Of a stretch of DNA of 53,085 nucleotides, positions 44,151 to 52,162 are shown piece after piece. Source of the DNA: an uncultured Pseudomonadales bacterium (GTDB lineage: Bacteria; Patescibacteriota; Microgenomatia; UBA1400; UBA1396); contig CAZEEI010000004.1 in the NCBI GenBank assembly GCA_964511175.1, positions 93,401 to 146,485 on the forward strand. The letters run 5' to 3'. A program made the translations under genes and the position numbers. The notes beneath the pieces are model-generated. The model was not told the DNA's origin. It saw only the letters and a program-made list of their open reading frames with translations, and searched no databases. Position 1 is the stretch's first letter, and the number at the start of each line of letters is the position of its first letter.

Positions 44151-44159
44151 ATTCTAGCA
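44151..44159 (-). promoter_or_regulatory. Extended -10 element (TGcTAGAAT) 9 nt upstream of ATG 44141
   Basis: Minus strand TGCTAGAAT-ttcgcctat-ATG, with no SD possible. Confidence 0.4.
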
Positions 44160-44180
44160 TATGCCGAGGTGGCGATATAT

Positions 44181-44276
44181 CAAAAACCGTAAAACCAACA
44201 GTTGTACAACTTACCTCAAGTACAGTCTCAACCGAAAAGGCTCCACCAGATCATAGTTGTACAACTATCGGTTTTG
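44181..44276. repeat. Inverted pair of TTGTACAA-centred elements
   Basis: CAAAAACCGTAAAACCAACAGTTGTACAAC (44181-44210) and GTTGTACAACTATCGGTTTTG (44256-44276) face each other. Both cores are the perfect 12-mer AGTTGTACAACT, 55 bp centre to centre. Confidence 0.55.
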
Positions 44277-44299
44277 ACCATTTGGATACACCACGCCAC

Positions 44300-44533
44300 C
44301 TACCAGAAACGCCAAACCAAAAACAGTAAAAGCAACACAATGGTCAGCGCCAAAAACGTCCGCCGCAAATCGCGCTTTAAATAAACCAGCTCTTGTTGAT
44401 TGGGCTCTACCGATATTTTAGTCTGTTTAGCCACCTGAACTGGTATCTCGACCTGTGGCTGCCAAGAAAAAGTCGTCTGGCTGCGCCGTAATTGGGATTT
44501 TAATTTATCTGCTCGTGTGCGGCGTACAGCCAT
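44300..44533 (-). CDS. Small tail-anchored membrane protein (77 aa)
   Basis: Basic N-terminus with a single C-terminal TM helix (FLALTIVLLLLFLVWRFW). Confidence 0.4.
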   Translation of the reverse strand: MAVRRTRADKLKSQLRRSQTTFSWQPQVEIPVQVAKQTKISVEPNQQELVYLKRDLRRTFLALTIVLLLLFLVWRFW

Positions 44534-44606
44534 ATAACTTGCCCCTATACCGATTTTGGTTCAACCGTTATTATATTAGGGTTCACCCGAAATAAGGATA
44601 ACCAAT

Positions 44607-45791
44607 ATGATGAAAAAAAACTTGTTAATTTTGGCCCTGGTAGTTTATTTAGCAACTGCCGGGATTGCGTTTGCCGGCTTCCGCGTTCTTTTGGCTAGCT
44701 CGTTGGCTTCTTCTGTTTCCGGCGACCAACCCAGCCGCTTTGCCAAATTAATTTCGCCTCTCGTACCTAAGGCCGGTAAGGGTAAGGCTAGTGTGGCGGA
44801 AAACGCTCCTAAAACCGAGCCTTGTCCGCTCAACGGCCAAATGTACACTAAATCTGAACGGGAAGCTTGGGAAACCCGCACGCCTTTAGCGGTGATGATT
44901 GAGAACCACCCCGACGCCCGCCCGCAATCCGGGCTCAGTCGGGCTGACGTGGTTTTTGAAGCCGTCGCCGAGGGTGGTATTACCCGCTTTATGGGCGTCT
45001 TCTACTGTGCCGTTCAATCGCAGGATATTATCGTGGCACCAGTACGTTCGGCCCGCACCTATTTTATTGATTGGGCTTCCAGCTACCAAGAACCGCTTTA
45101 CGCCCACGTGGGCGGCGCCAACCTGCCTGGCCCCACTGACGCCTTAGGCCAAATCGAAGATTACGGCTGGGGCGGCCAAAATGACCTTAACCAGTTTTCA
45201 ATTGGTTTCCCCACCTTTGTGCGCAATTATGACCGGGTTGCGCTAAGTGACGGCCGTGAATTGGCCACCGAACATACTATGGAAAGCTCCACCGAACGCC
45301 TTTGGGACTACGCCAAGGATTCACGCGGCATTACTAAGTGGGAAGGTGAGCCTAATTTTAAGCCCTGGCAATTTAAAGATGACGCCAAAGAGTTGGGTGA
45401 TACCGTCAAAATCGCTCATGATTTTTGGGACGGCTACCAAGACTTCAGTGTAGAGTGGAACTTTGACACCGCCACCGATTCCTACCTCCGCACTATGGGT
45501 GGTTCAGCTCACATTGATATTAATAACAACGAACAGATTCGCGCCAAAAATGTCGTGATTTTGTTCACTACGGAAAAGGGTCCGGTCAACGAAAATAAAC
45601 ATATGCTTTACGGCACAGTTGGTAACGGTAAGGCTCTTATTTTTCAAGATGGTAAAGTCGTCCAAGCCACCTGGCAAAAAGCTTCCCGGACCGCCCCACT
45701 GCAATTCCTAGTTGGCGGCAAGCCTGTTCAGTTCAACCGCGGCTCAATCTGGATCGCCGCTTTGGCTAACAATACCGAGATTGAGTACTAA
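44607..45791 (+). CDS. DUF3048 (YerB-like) secreted protein
   Basis: Signal anchor, then ..PLAVMIENHPDARPQSGLSRADVVFEAVAEGGITRFMGVFY.. characteristic of DUF3048. Confidence 0.75.
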   Translation: MMKKNLLILALVVYLATAGIAFAGFRVLLASSLASSVSGDQPSRFAKLISPLVPKAGKGKASVAENAPKTEPCPLNGQMYTKSEREAWETRTPLAVMIENHPDARPQSGLSRADVVFEAVAEGGITRFMGVFYCAVQSQDIIVAPVRSARTYFIDWASSYQEPLYAHVGGANLPGPTDALGQIEDYGWGGQNDLNQFSIGFPTFVRNYDRVALSDGRELATEHTMESSTERLWDYAKDSRGITKWEGEPNFKPWQFKDDAKELGDTVKIAHDFWDGYQDFSVEWNFDTATDSYLRTMGGSAHIDINNNEQIRAKNVVILFTTEKGPVNENKHMLYGTVGNGKALIFQDGKVVQATWQKASRTAPLQFLVGGKPVQFNRGSIWIAALANNTEIEY

Positions 45792-45832
45792 AAGCCTTCA
45801 ATTAACAGCCCAACTGCGCTATACTGTTAAGT

Positions 45833-46429
45833 GTGGCCAAATTAACTGACTTCATGATTTCCAAAGTACGGGTCAAGATGTTGGCTTTATTTTTCCGCGA
45901 CCCCAACGAAATCTACTACGTCCGCCAGATTACCCGAGAAATAGGCGAGGAAATTAACGCCGTCCGCCGTGAACTGGAACGGATGAGTAAAAACGGCATT
46001 CTCAAAAGCGAAAAGCGGGGCAATCGCCTATATTACTTCTTAAATCGGCAGTACGATTACTACCCGGAATTACTGCGCCTGCTGGCTAAAGCTACTGGCT
46101 TAGGACAGGCTATTAAGAAAAACCGTCAGGCTCTTGGCAATCCTAAGTTTGTGATGTTTTCCGGCAAGTTTGCCCAACACCGCAATCGGGCTTTGGATGA
46201 GGTTGACATTCTGTTAGTCGGTGAAATTAAAATGAAGGAATTGGAGCCGCTGATTAAGGAAGAAGAAAAAAAGCGGGGACATGAAATTAATTACACCCTC
46301 ATGGGCACCGATGAGTTTGAGTTCCGTAAAGCCCGACACGACCCTTTTATTAACGAAGCTTTGTCCGGCGGCCGAATCATGATTGTTGGTGACGAAGATC
46401 TTCTGGTGGAACACAAGCCGGAGCGGTAA
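45833..46429 (+). CDS. Winged-helix DNA-binding protein (ArsR/MarR-like N-terminus) with uncharacterised C-terminal domain
   Basis: ..YYVRQITREIGEEINAVRRELERMSKNGILKSEKRGNRLYY.. wHTH pattern. GTG start. Confidence 0.55.
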   Translation: MAKLTDFMISKVRVKMLALFFRDPNEIYYVRQITREIGEEINAVRRELERMSKNGILKSEKRGNRLYYFLNRQYDYYPELLRLLAKATGLGQAIKKNRQALGNPKFVMFSGKFAQHRNRALDEVDILLVGEIKMKELEPLIKEEEKKRGHEINYTLMGTDEFEFRKARHDPFINEALSGGRIMIVGDEDLLVEHKPER

Positions 46430-46438
46430 ACTACCGCT

Positions 46439-47881
46439 GTGGCTAAGATCCGTTTGCGCCTACGCTGGCGTGTTAACCGCGAGTACGTTCAGTTTTTTCT
46501 CACCACTTTGGTGATTGCTTTGGGACTAATGCTGGCTCTACCAACCCGGTTTGTTTTGCCTTTGTCGCCGTTAAAACAATTGGCCGCTCAGCTGCCGGTA
46601 TCTGATATTAGCGCTTGGCCTAACGCCCTAGCTATTGAAAAAACCGTAATTGACCTGACTCTCTACGGCATACCTTTTACTACCGATTTGCCGCTCAAGC
46701 AGGGACTCGATATTGTGGGCGGCACCCAAGTAACGTTGGCAGCCGATATGGCTAATATCCCTAGTAGTGAACGCACCACCGCCTTGGCTAGTGTGGAAGA
46801 GGTAATGCGCCGCCGCGTTGATCTCTATGGCGTCAGCGAGCCGCGGATCCGCTCTACCGTATGGGGTGATAACTACCAGCTAATAATTGAGTTGCCAGGG
46901 TTAAACCAACCAGAGCAAGCACTCGCTCTGATTGGCCAAACCGCCCAGCTTCAATTTCGCGAAACGGTGGCTGATGCCAGTGTAGCTTCCCGTTCGGCGG
47001 AACAATATCTTAATTCTTTCCAACCCACCGGTTTAGACGGCAACCAACTGCAGCGGGCGGGTGTCCAGTTTGATCAAACCGGTGAGCCAGTGGTATCGCT
47101 GGAGTTTAATAGCGAAGGAGCCAAGCTGTTCGGCGAAATTACGGCGCGCAATGTTGGCAAACCAGTGGCTATTTATTTGGACGATACACCAGTCTCCCTG
47201 CCGATAGTGAATGGCGCCATTTATGGCGGCACAGCACAAATATCGGGTGGTTTTTCCTTGGAAGAGGCTAAAACTTTGGCTACCCAGCTTAACGCCGGCG
47301 CTCTGCCGGTATCAATCAAGGTGGTTGGTCAAAAAACAGTGGGTCCAACTTTAGGACAGCAATCGCTACAGCTATCCATTCGGGCTGGGGCAGTGGGTCT
47401 AGTACTGGTAACTCTATTTATGATTTTGCTCTATGGCAGCCTGGGCGTGGCGGCGGTAGTGGGCCTGATCGCTTACGGCATTCTGACCATTGCGCTTTAT
47501 AAGTTGATTCCGGTTACTTTGTCACTGCCGGGAATTGCCGGTTTAATTCTTTCGATCGGCATGGCGGTGGATGCTAATATTCTAACTTTTGAACGGATTA
47601 AGGAAGAGTGGCGGGCTGATAAGTCTTGGGAACAGGCTTTACAGCTGGGTTTTGGCCGATCCTGGGACAGTATTAAAAGCGCTAACCTAGCTACCTTGGC
47701 CATTTGTTTTATTCTGTTTAATCCGCTGGACTGGGGTTGGTTAAATACGAGCGGACCCATCCGCGGCTTCGCTTTAACCTTAGCTCTAGGTATTGCCGTC
47801 AGCCTCTTCACCGGTGTGTTTTACTCGCGGCTACTAGTGCGCTTATTCCTGACAGCGCCTAAACGAAAGGGGACAGGATGA
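46439..47881 (+). CDS. secD: Protein translocase subunit SecD
   Basis: ..LKQGLDIVGG..VMRRRVDLYGVSEP..LPGL..GQTAQLQFRE.. and C-terminal six-helix bundle. Confidence 0.9.
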   Translation: MAKIRLRLRWRVNREYVQFFLTTLVIALGLMLALPTRFVLPLSPLKQLAAQLPVSDISAWPNALAIEKTVIDLTLYGIPFTTDLPLKQGLDIVGGTQVTLAADMANIPSSERTTALASVEEVMRRRVDLYGVSEPRIRSTVWGDNYQLIIELPGLNQPEQALALIGQTAQLQFRETVADASVASRSAEQYLNSFQPTGLDGNQLQRAGVQFDQTGEPVVSLEFNSEGAKLFGEITARNVGKPVAIYLDDTPVSLPIVNGAIYGGTAQISGGFSLEEAKTLATQLNAGALPVSIKVVGQKTVGPTLGQQSLQLSIRAGAVGLVLVTLFMILLYGSLGVAAVVGLIAYGILTIALYKLIPVTLSLPGIAGLILSIGMAVDANILTFERIKEEWRADKSWEQALQLGFGRSWDSIKSANLATLAICFILFNPLDWGWLNTSGPIRGFALTLALGIAVSLFTGVFYSRLLVRLFLTAPKRKGTG

Positions 47882-48768
47882 TCGTTGCCTGGCTGCGTCA
47901 CCGCCGTTGGTATTACTTATTATCCGGCACGCTGATTCTGCTCAGTATCGTTGCCCTTTTACTAGGCGGCTTAAAACCAGCCATCGAGTTTACCGGCGGC
48001 ACCCAGCTGGCAATTCAAGTGGTGAACAGCCAAGCTAATCAGCTAATTGAGGCTGGCCAGCGAGTAGCTCAAACGCAAAGTCTGAACTTGGCTACGGTAA
48101 TACCCCTGGCCAATAATGAATTTGAGTTAACTTTTTCGGCTTTGGACAGCCAGCAAAAAACCACTTTTCTCCAATCCCTGCAAACCGAGTTGCCTCAAAA
48201 CCAAGTAAGCGAAACCCGCTTTGAGACGGTGGGTCCTTCCGTTGGCCAAGAGTTAGTGCGTAAAACCCTGATTGGTATTGCTTTGGCGGTCGGCATCATT
48301 CTGGCTTATTTGTGGCTGCAATTCCGGGACTGGCGTTTTGGCTTGGCGGGAATACTAGCCATGCTGCACGACACGATTATTTTAACCGGCAGTTTTGCCT
48401 GGCTAGGTTTGCTGCGCGGCACAACTGTTGACGTATTGTTTGTCACGGCAGTCCTGACTACTTTGTCCTTCTCTGTGCACGACACGATCGTTATTTTTGA
48501 CCGCGTACGGGAACTGCGCCGCGCCAGTCGGCGCACCACCACGGCCGTGGAACTAGCCGATCTAGCCATTAGTCAAACCTTAACCCGGTCGCTCAATAAC
48601 TCCATCACAATCCTGCTCATGTTGTTAACTCTGTTTCTACTGGGCGGCGACACGCTGCGTCCTTTTGTGCTGGCTCTACTGATTGGCACCGTAGTAGGAA
48701 CCTATTCCAGTTCATTTTGCGCTCTGCCGCTTTATGCGGATTTGGTACGGTGGGAGGGAAACTCCTAG
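47878..48768 (+). CDS. secF: Protein translocase subunit SecF
   Basis: ..GLKPAIEFTGGTQL.., ..HDTIILTG.., ..SVHDTIVIFDRVRE... 4-nt overlap with secD. Confidence 0.9.
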   Translation: MIVAWLRHRRWYYLLSGTLILLSIVALLLGGLKPAIEFTGGTQLAIQVVNSQANQLIEAGQRVAQTQSLNLATVIPLANNEFELTFSALDSQQKTTFLQSLQTELPQNQVSETRFETVGPSVGQELVRKTLIGIALAVGIILAYLWLQFRDWRFGLAGILAMLHDTIILTGSFAWLGLLRGTTVDVLFVTAVLTTLSFSVHDTIVIFDRVRELRRASRRTTTAVELADLAISQTLTRSLNNSITILLMLLTLFLLGGDTLRPFVLALLIGTVVGTYSSSFCALPLYADLVRWEGNS

Positions 48769-48782
48769 ATAGTTGACTAGGA

Positions 48783-50357
48783 TTGATGTTTCGGGTATTA
48801 TTCGAATCCATGCACTTTGATAAGGTTGAAAAAAATCACAAGCATTATTTAGGCAGTTGGGGAGAGAAGTTACTAGCCTCCGAACACCGAGTTGGTGTTT
48901 TAACACCATTGCTGGTAATTTTGCTAGCCGCGGTGGGGGCTCGCGCTGCTGCTGCTCAAGATGGTGGAAGTGGAAATATTGCGCCAGGACTGCCAGCCGA
49001 AGTCATGCCGGAAGATTTGGATACTACACCGGGATTACTTCCTTATACTAATAACACTCCAATACACAGTGCTACCGAATTGCGAGATTTACTCAAAAGT
49101 GTTTGGGCTCTTTACGCCGAAAACCAAAATGATCCTGCCGCTTTAGAGCGTGCTCAAGCTAATTATATTTTGGAACAAATTTTAACCGGTCCGCTAACTA
49201 CAGGACCACGTAATGACTTAAGGGTTGAAAAACTCGGTTTAGGATTTACACCAGCTGTGATCAATGGCTTTAATTGGATGGACAAATACGGAGCACAGCT
49301 ATTTACCGAATCCAGTCTTCGTCAAACCGAAGATAATTTTGATGTCAAACCTTTAATATTTAATGGCAATCCCGCCGATAACTTTAATGTAGTTAGTATA
49401 TTGACTCCCGAAGTCACTCCCGATGGTAAATTTGCTCATGGTTTACAAGTCTTTGATTCATTCGATAATGTTTATGAAGTAACCCTTGCCCACGCTTTAG
49501 CCACTCTTTATCAAATTAGGGTGGGTGATGAGATACTATGGACTCGTCTAACACCTGAAGAACGCTTAAACTGGGCCATCGATTTAACTAACGCTTGGCT
49601 TAATCAACGGGTAAATGGTCCGGCTTTATGGGGACAACGCACGGTTAATTACTGGGACGGTCAAAAGAATGTACCACTATTCACGGTTATGAACGGCGAA
49701 GGTGGTTGGGCAACGTGTCGCGTTGAAGCCGCTCCGGCAACCTCCCAACAGCGTGTTGATCAATTCCTCACGACTAGGGGCATTCTTATTAAGGATCAAG
49801 ATGACGACACTAATGTGGAAACCCCCTTTGACAAAGGGAGCCGTAACAGTCATTTCGCTGTCGCTATTGCCCTAGACATTAATGCTCTCAACCAAATAGC
49901 CAGGGAGACTAATGGTAATTTAGCAGCGATCCGACAAGCCATTCTGAAATCGGCGGGTGCTTACGAAATTATCGATTTAGATACTGGTTTTAATGGTGAA
50001 GCTTCGCCAGAAAATCCGTGGACTCGCAATGTTATACCCACTGCTTATGAAGTGGGTGGTTTAACTTTTGGCGAAGAGTCTTTTGGGGAGGGGGACTTTA
50101 CTTCCTTGCTACGTTTCTGTGGCCCAGCCGCGCCAGCTCAAATAGAATCGACTCCCGCTAATGCAGCAGTATTGCCAGCAACCGGTAATGATTCTCCTCC
50201 TGGCGAAGAGCAACCACCAGAAGTTATACCACCCAGTAATCCTCCCAAACTCGACCCCGGTAATACTAACCGAAACGGCACTCTGCCAGATGAAATGCCG
50301 GATGAGGCCCCTGAGGGTGATACCGATTCTGATGAGGCCAACGAAAGCCCTCTGTAA
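48783..50357 (+). CDS. Secreted protein of unknown function with acidic Pro-rich C-terminus
   Basis: Hydrophobic signal VGVLTPLLVILLAAVGARAAAAQ about 40 aa in, so the true start may be a downstream ATG. Low-complexity tail PPGEEQPPEVIPPSNPP..DEAPEGDTDSDE. Confidence 0.55.
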   Translation: MMFRVLFESMHFDKVEKNHKHYLGSWGEKLLASEHRVGVLTPLLVILLAAVGARAAAAQDGGSGNIAPGLPAEVMPEDLDTTPGLLPYTNNTPIHSATELRDLLKSVWALYAENQNDPAALERAQANYILEQILTGPLTTGPRNDLRVEKLGLGFTPAVINGFNWMDKYGAQLFTESSLRQTEDNFDVKPLIFNGNPADNFNVVSILTPEVTPDGKFAHGLQVFDSFDNVYEVTLAHALATLYQIRVGDEILWTRLTPEERLNWAIDLTNAWLNQRVNGPALWGQRTVNYWDGQKNVPLFTVMNGEGGWATCRVEAAPATSQQRVDQFLTTRGILIKDQDDDTNVETPFDKGSRNSHFAVAIALDINALNQIARETNGNLAAIRQAILKSAGAYEIIDLDTGFNGEASPENPWTRNVIPTAYEVGGLTFGEESFGEGDFTSLLRFCGPAAPAQIESTPANAAVLPATGNDSPPGEEQPPEVIPPSNPPKLDPGNTNRNGTLPDEMPDEAPEGDTDSDEANESPL

Positions 50358-50377
50358 AAAAATAAACTAAAGAAAAT

Positions 50378-52138
50378 ATGATTTGGTCTAAACTCACTAA
50401 CCTCAAAACTAAACTCCTAACCGGCAGTACTGCCTTCTTATTGGGCGTGGTGGTTTTGGCTTTAGCGGTCAGTTTCGGCTGGCTCTTTTTCTCTTCCCGC
50501 GCCGCGGCTACCCAGCAACCACGCTTTGGCGTTTGGTTTAAACAATTAAACGGCGGTAGCGGCGAGTATGTTCAAGATTTACCAGCCCTAGCGGTTGGTG
50601 ACAAAATTCGGGTACAACTACTGGTCATCAATGATCAACCGGATAACCTCATTGACCGTTTGCAGTATTATTCTGCTTACGGCCACGACGGTGTTTTTAG
50701 TTGGATTATCGCCGATAATCTGCCCAAATATGGCACGGCCAATGCTGATTACACTATTCCAGCTGGTGCCCATATGCAGTATGTTACTGGTTCTACTTCC
50801 TATGCCACTAAAGTTCAGCCGGATGGTTCGATTGGTGATTGGATCATTGAAAACATCGCTGATCAAGGTAGTGAGAGTCCGTTATTCTTCAACAGCCCGG
50901 ATCCGGCGCAAGGGGGAGTTTTCCGTTCCAATTTACCCAGCGGCGACAGTGATGATTATAGCTACCGCATGTATTACGACTTAGAAGTGGTTAACGGCAA
51001 CAATCCAGTTTTTAACGAGCATCCGCAAGATCAACCCACCTTCCAAGTCCGCCGTTTGGGTGAAACCAATTGGCACACTTCTTTAGACGGTTTGGCACCA
51101 GACGACATGCTGGAGTTCAAACTCTACGCCCACAATAATCCCCGCGGCACCTTGGCTCATGATGTGCACGTTGGCGTTAGCAACTGGACCGCCAATCTGA
51201 CCGCTAATTTAACCCTCACCGGTTTCGTTTCCGCCGCTAATGCCGCGACCAAAACTAGTAACGTTGGTCTCACCGACGATCAGGAGTTTTCGCTGGACTA
51301 CATCGAAGGTTCCACGCGTTTCCAAGGTCGACCCACTTTGGGTGCTGACCCTTACGATCCGAACACTGCTCAACCAGATGGGGTAATCGAACCAACTGGT
51401 ATCCAGATTGGCACACTAGGGGACTTGGAAGGTTGCTGGGACTTTCTCATGACCGTGGTTTTCCGGGCTAAAGTAGAACAAGAACCGGTTCCAACTCCTA
51501 CGCCAACTCCTACGCCAACTCCTACGCCAACTCCTACGCCAACTCCTACACCTACACCTACACCTACACCTACACCTACACCTACACCAACTCCTACACC
51601 TACTCCGACACCAACTCCGACGCCTACGCCGACTCCTACACCTACGCCCACGCCCACGCCGACTCCTACACCTACTCCGACACCAGAAGGCGAGTACACC
51701 GGTTTCGCTATCGAAAAATATGAAGATCAGGATGGCGATGGTTCACGTGACAGCGGCGAAGGCGGCTTGGATTGGAAGTTCGAATGGGACCGCAACCATG
51801 ACGAGAATTGGCGCCAGTATGAAACTTACGACGATCACAACGGCCGTGGCGGCACGGTGGGTGACTTACACCAAGACGACGTGATTAGAATCCGCGAAAA
51901 AGGCCAGGATGGTTGGCACGCCACCACCAACACGGAAGTAACACTTACTATGAGTAAAAACCAAATCAAGATCGCCGTCTTTGGTAACCGCCGGACTAAA
52001 CCCAGCGCTACTGCCGCTCCCACGCCTAAACAGTTACCTAAAACCGGCGCCGACGCCACTGCGGGTTTATTCACTGCTTTCGGCTTTGGTTCGCTCAGCT
52101 TGGGTCTGAAGCTACTCAGCCGCCGTCTACGCCCCTAA
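50378..52138 (+). CDS. LPXTG-anchored surface protein with Pro/Thr linker and SdrD/Cna-B-like domain
   Basis: N-terminal signal anchor. C-terminal sorting signal LPKTG plus hydrophobic stretch plus RRLRP. After the TP linker, ..[20 protein letters not shown].. is SdrD-B-like. Confidence 0.85.
   Translation: MIWSKLTNLKTKLLTGSTAFLLGVVVLALAVSFGWLFFSSRAAATQQPRFGVWFKQLNGGSGEYVQDLPALAVGDKIRVQLLVINDQPDNLIDRLQYYSAYGHDGVFSWIIADNLPKYGTANADYTIPAGAHMQYVTGSTSYATKVQPDGSIGDWIIENIADQGSESPLFFNSPDPAQGGVFRSNLPSGDSDDYSYRMYYDLEVVNGNNPVFNEHPQDQPTFQVRRLGETNWHTSLDGLAPDDMLEFKLYAHNNPRGTLAHDVHVGVSNWTANLTANLTLTGFVSAANAATKTSNVGLTDDQEFSLDYIEGSTRFQGRPTLGADPYDPNTAQPDGVIEPTGIQIGTLGDLEGCWDFLMTVVFRAKVEQEPVPTPTPTPTPTPTPTPTPTPTPTPTPTPTPTPTPTPTPTPTPTPTPTPTPTPTPTPTPTPTPTPTPEGEYTGFAIEKYEDQDGDGSRDSGEGGLDWKFEWDRNHDENWRQYETYDDHNGRGGTVGDLHQDDVIRIREKGQDGWHATTNTEVTLTMSKNQIKIAVFGNRRTKPSATAAPTPKQLPKTGADATAGLFTAFGFGSLSLGLKLLSRRLRP
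51491..51685 (+). repeat. In-frame tandem repeat encoding 65 alternating Pro/Thr codons
   Basis: Four perfect tandem 12-mers CCAACTCCTACG (51491-51538), six perfect tandem 6-mers CCTACA (51551-51586), then degenerate CCN-ACN units to 51685. Confidence 0.95.
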
Positions 52139-52162
52139 AATAGGCTCTGGAGAAAATCTAAC

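Noticed and set aside
51491-51685. Possible CRISPR array or other non-coding tandem repeat.
   Set aside because: The units are 6-12 nt with no unique spacers. The repeat is in frame inside a long ORF that has a signal peptide and an LPXTG signal.
51370-51699. 109-aa minus-strand ORF encoding a (GV)n polymer.
   Set aside because: It is simply the antisense reading of the in-frame Pro/Thr repeat of the LPXTG protein gene.
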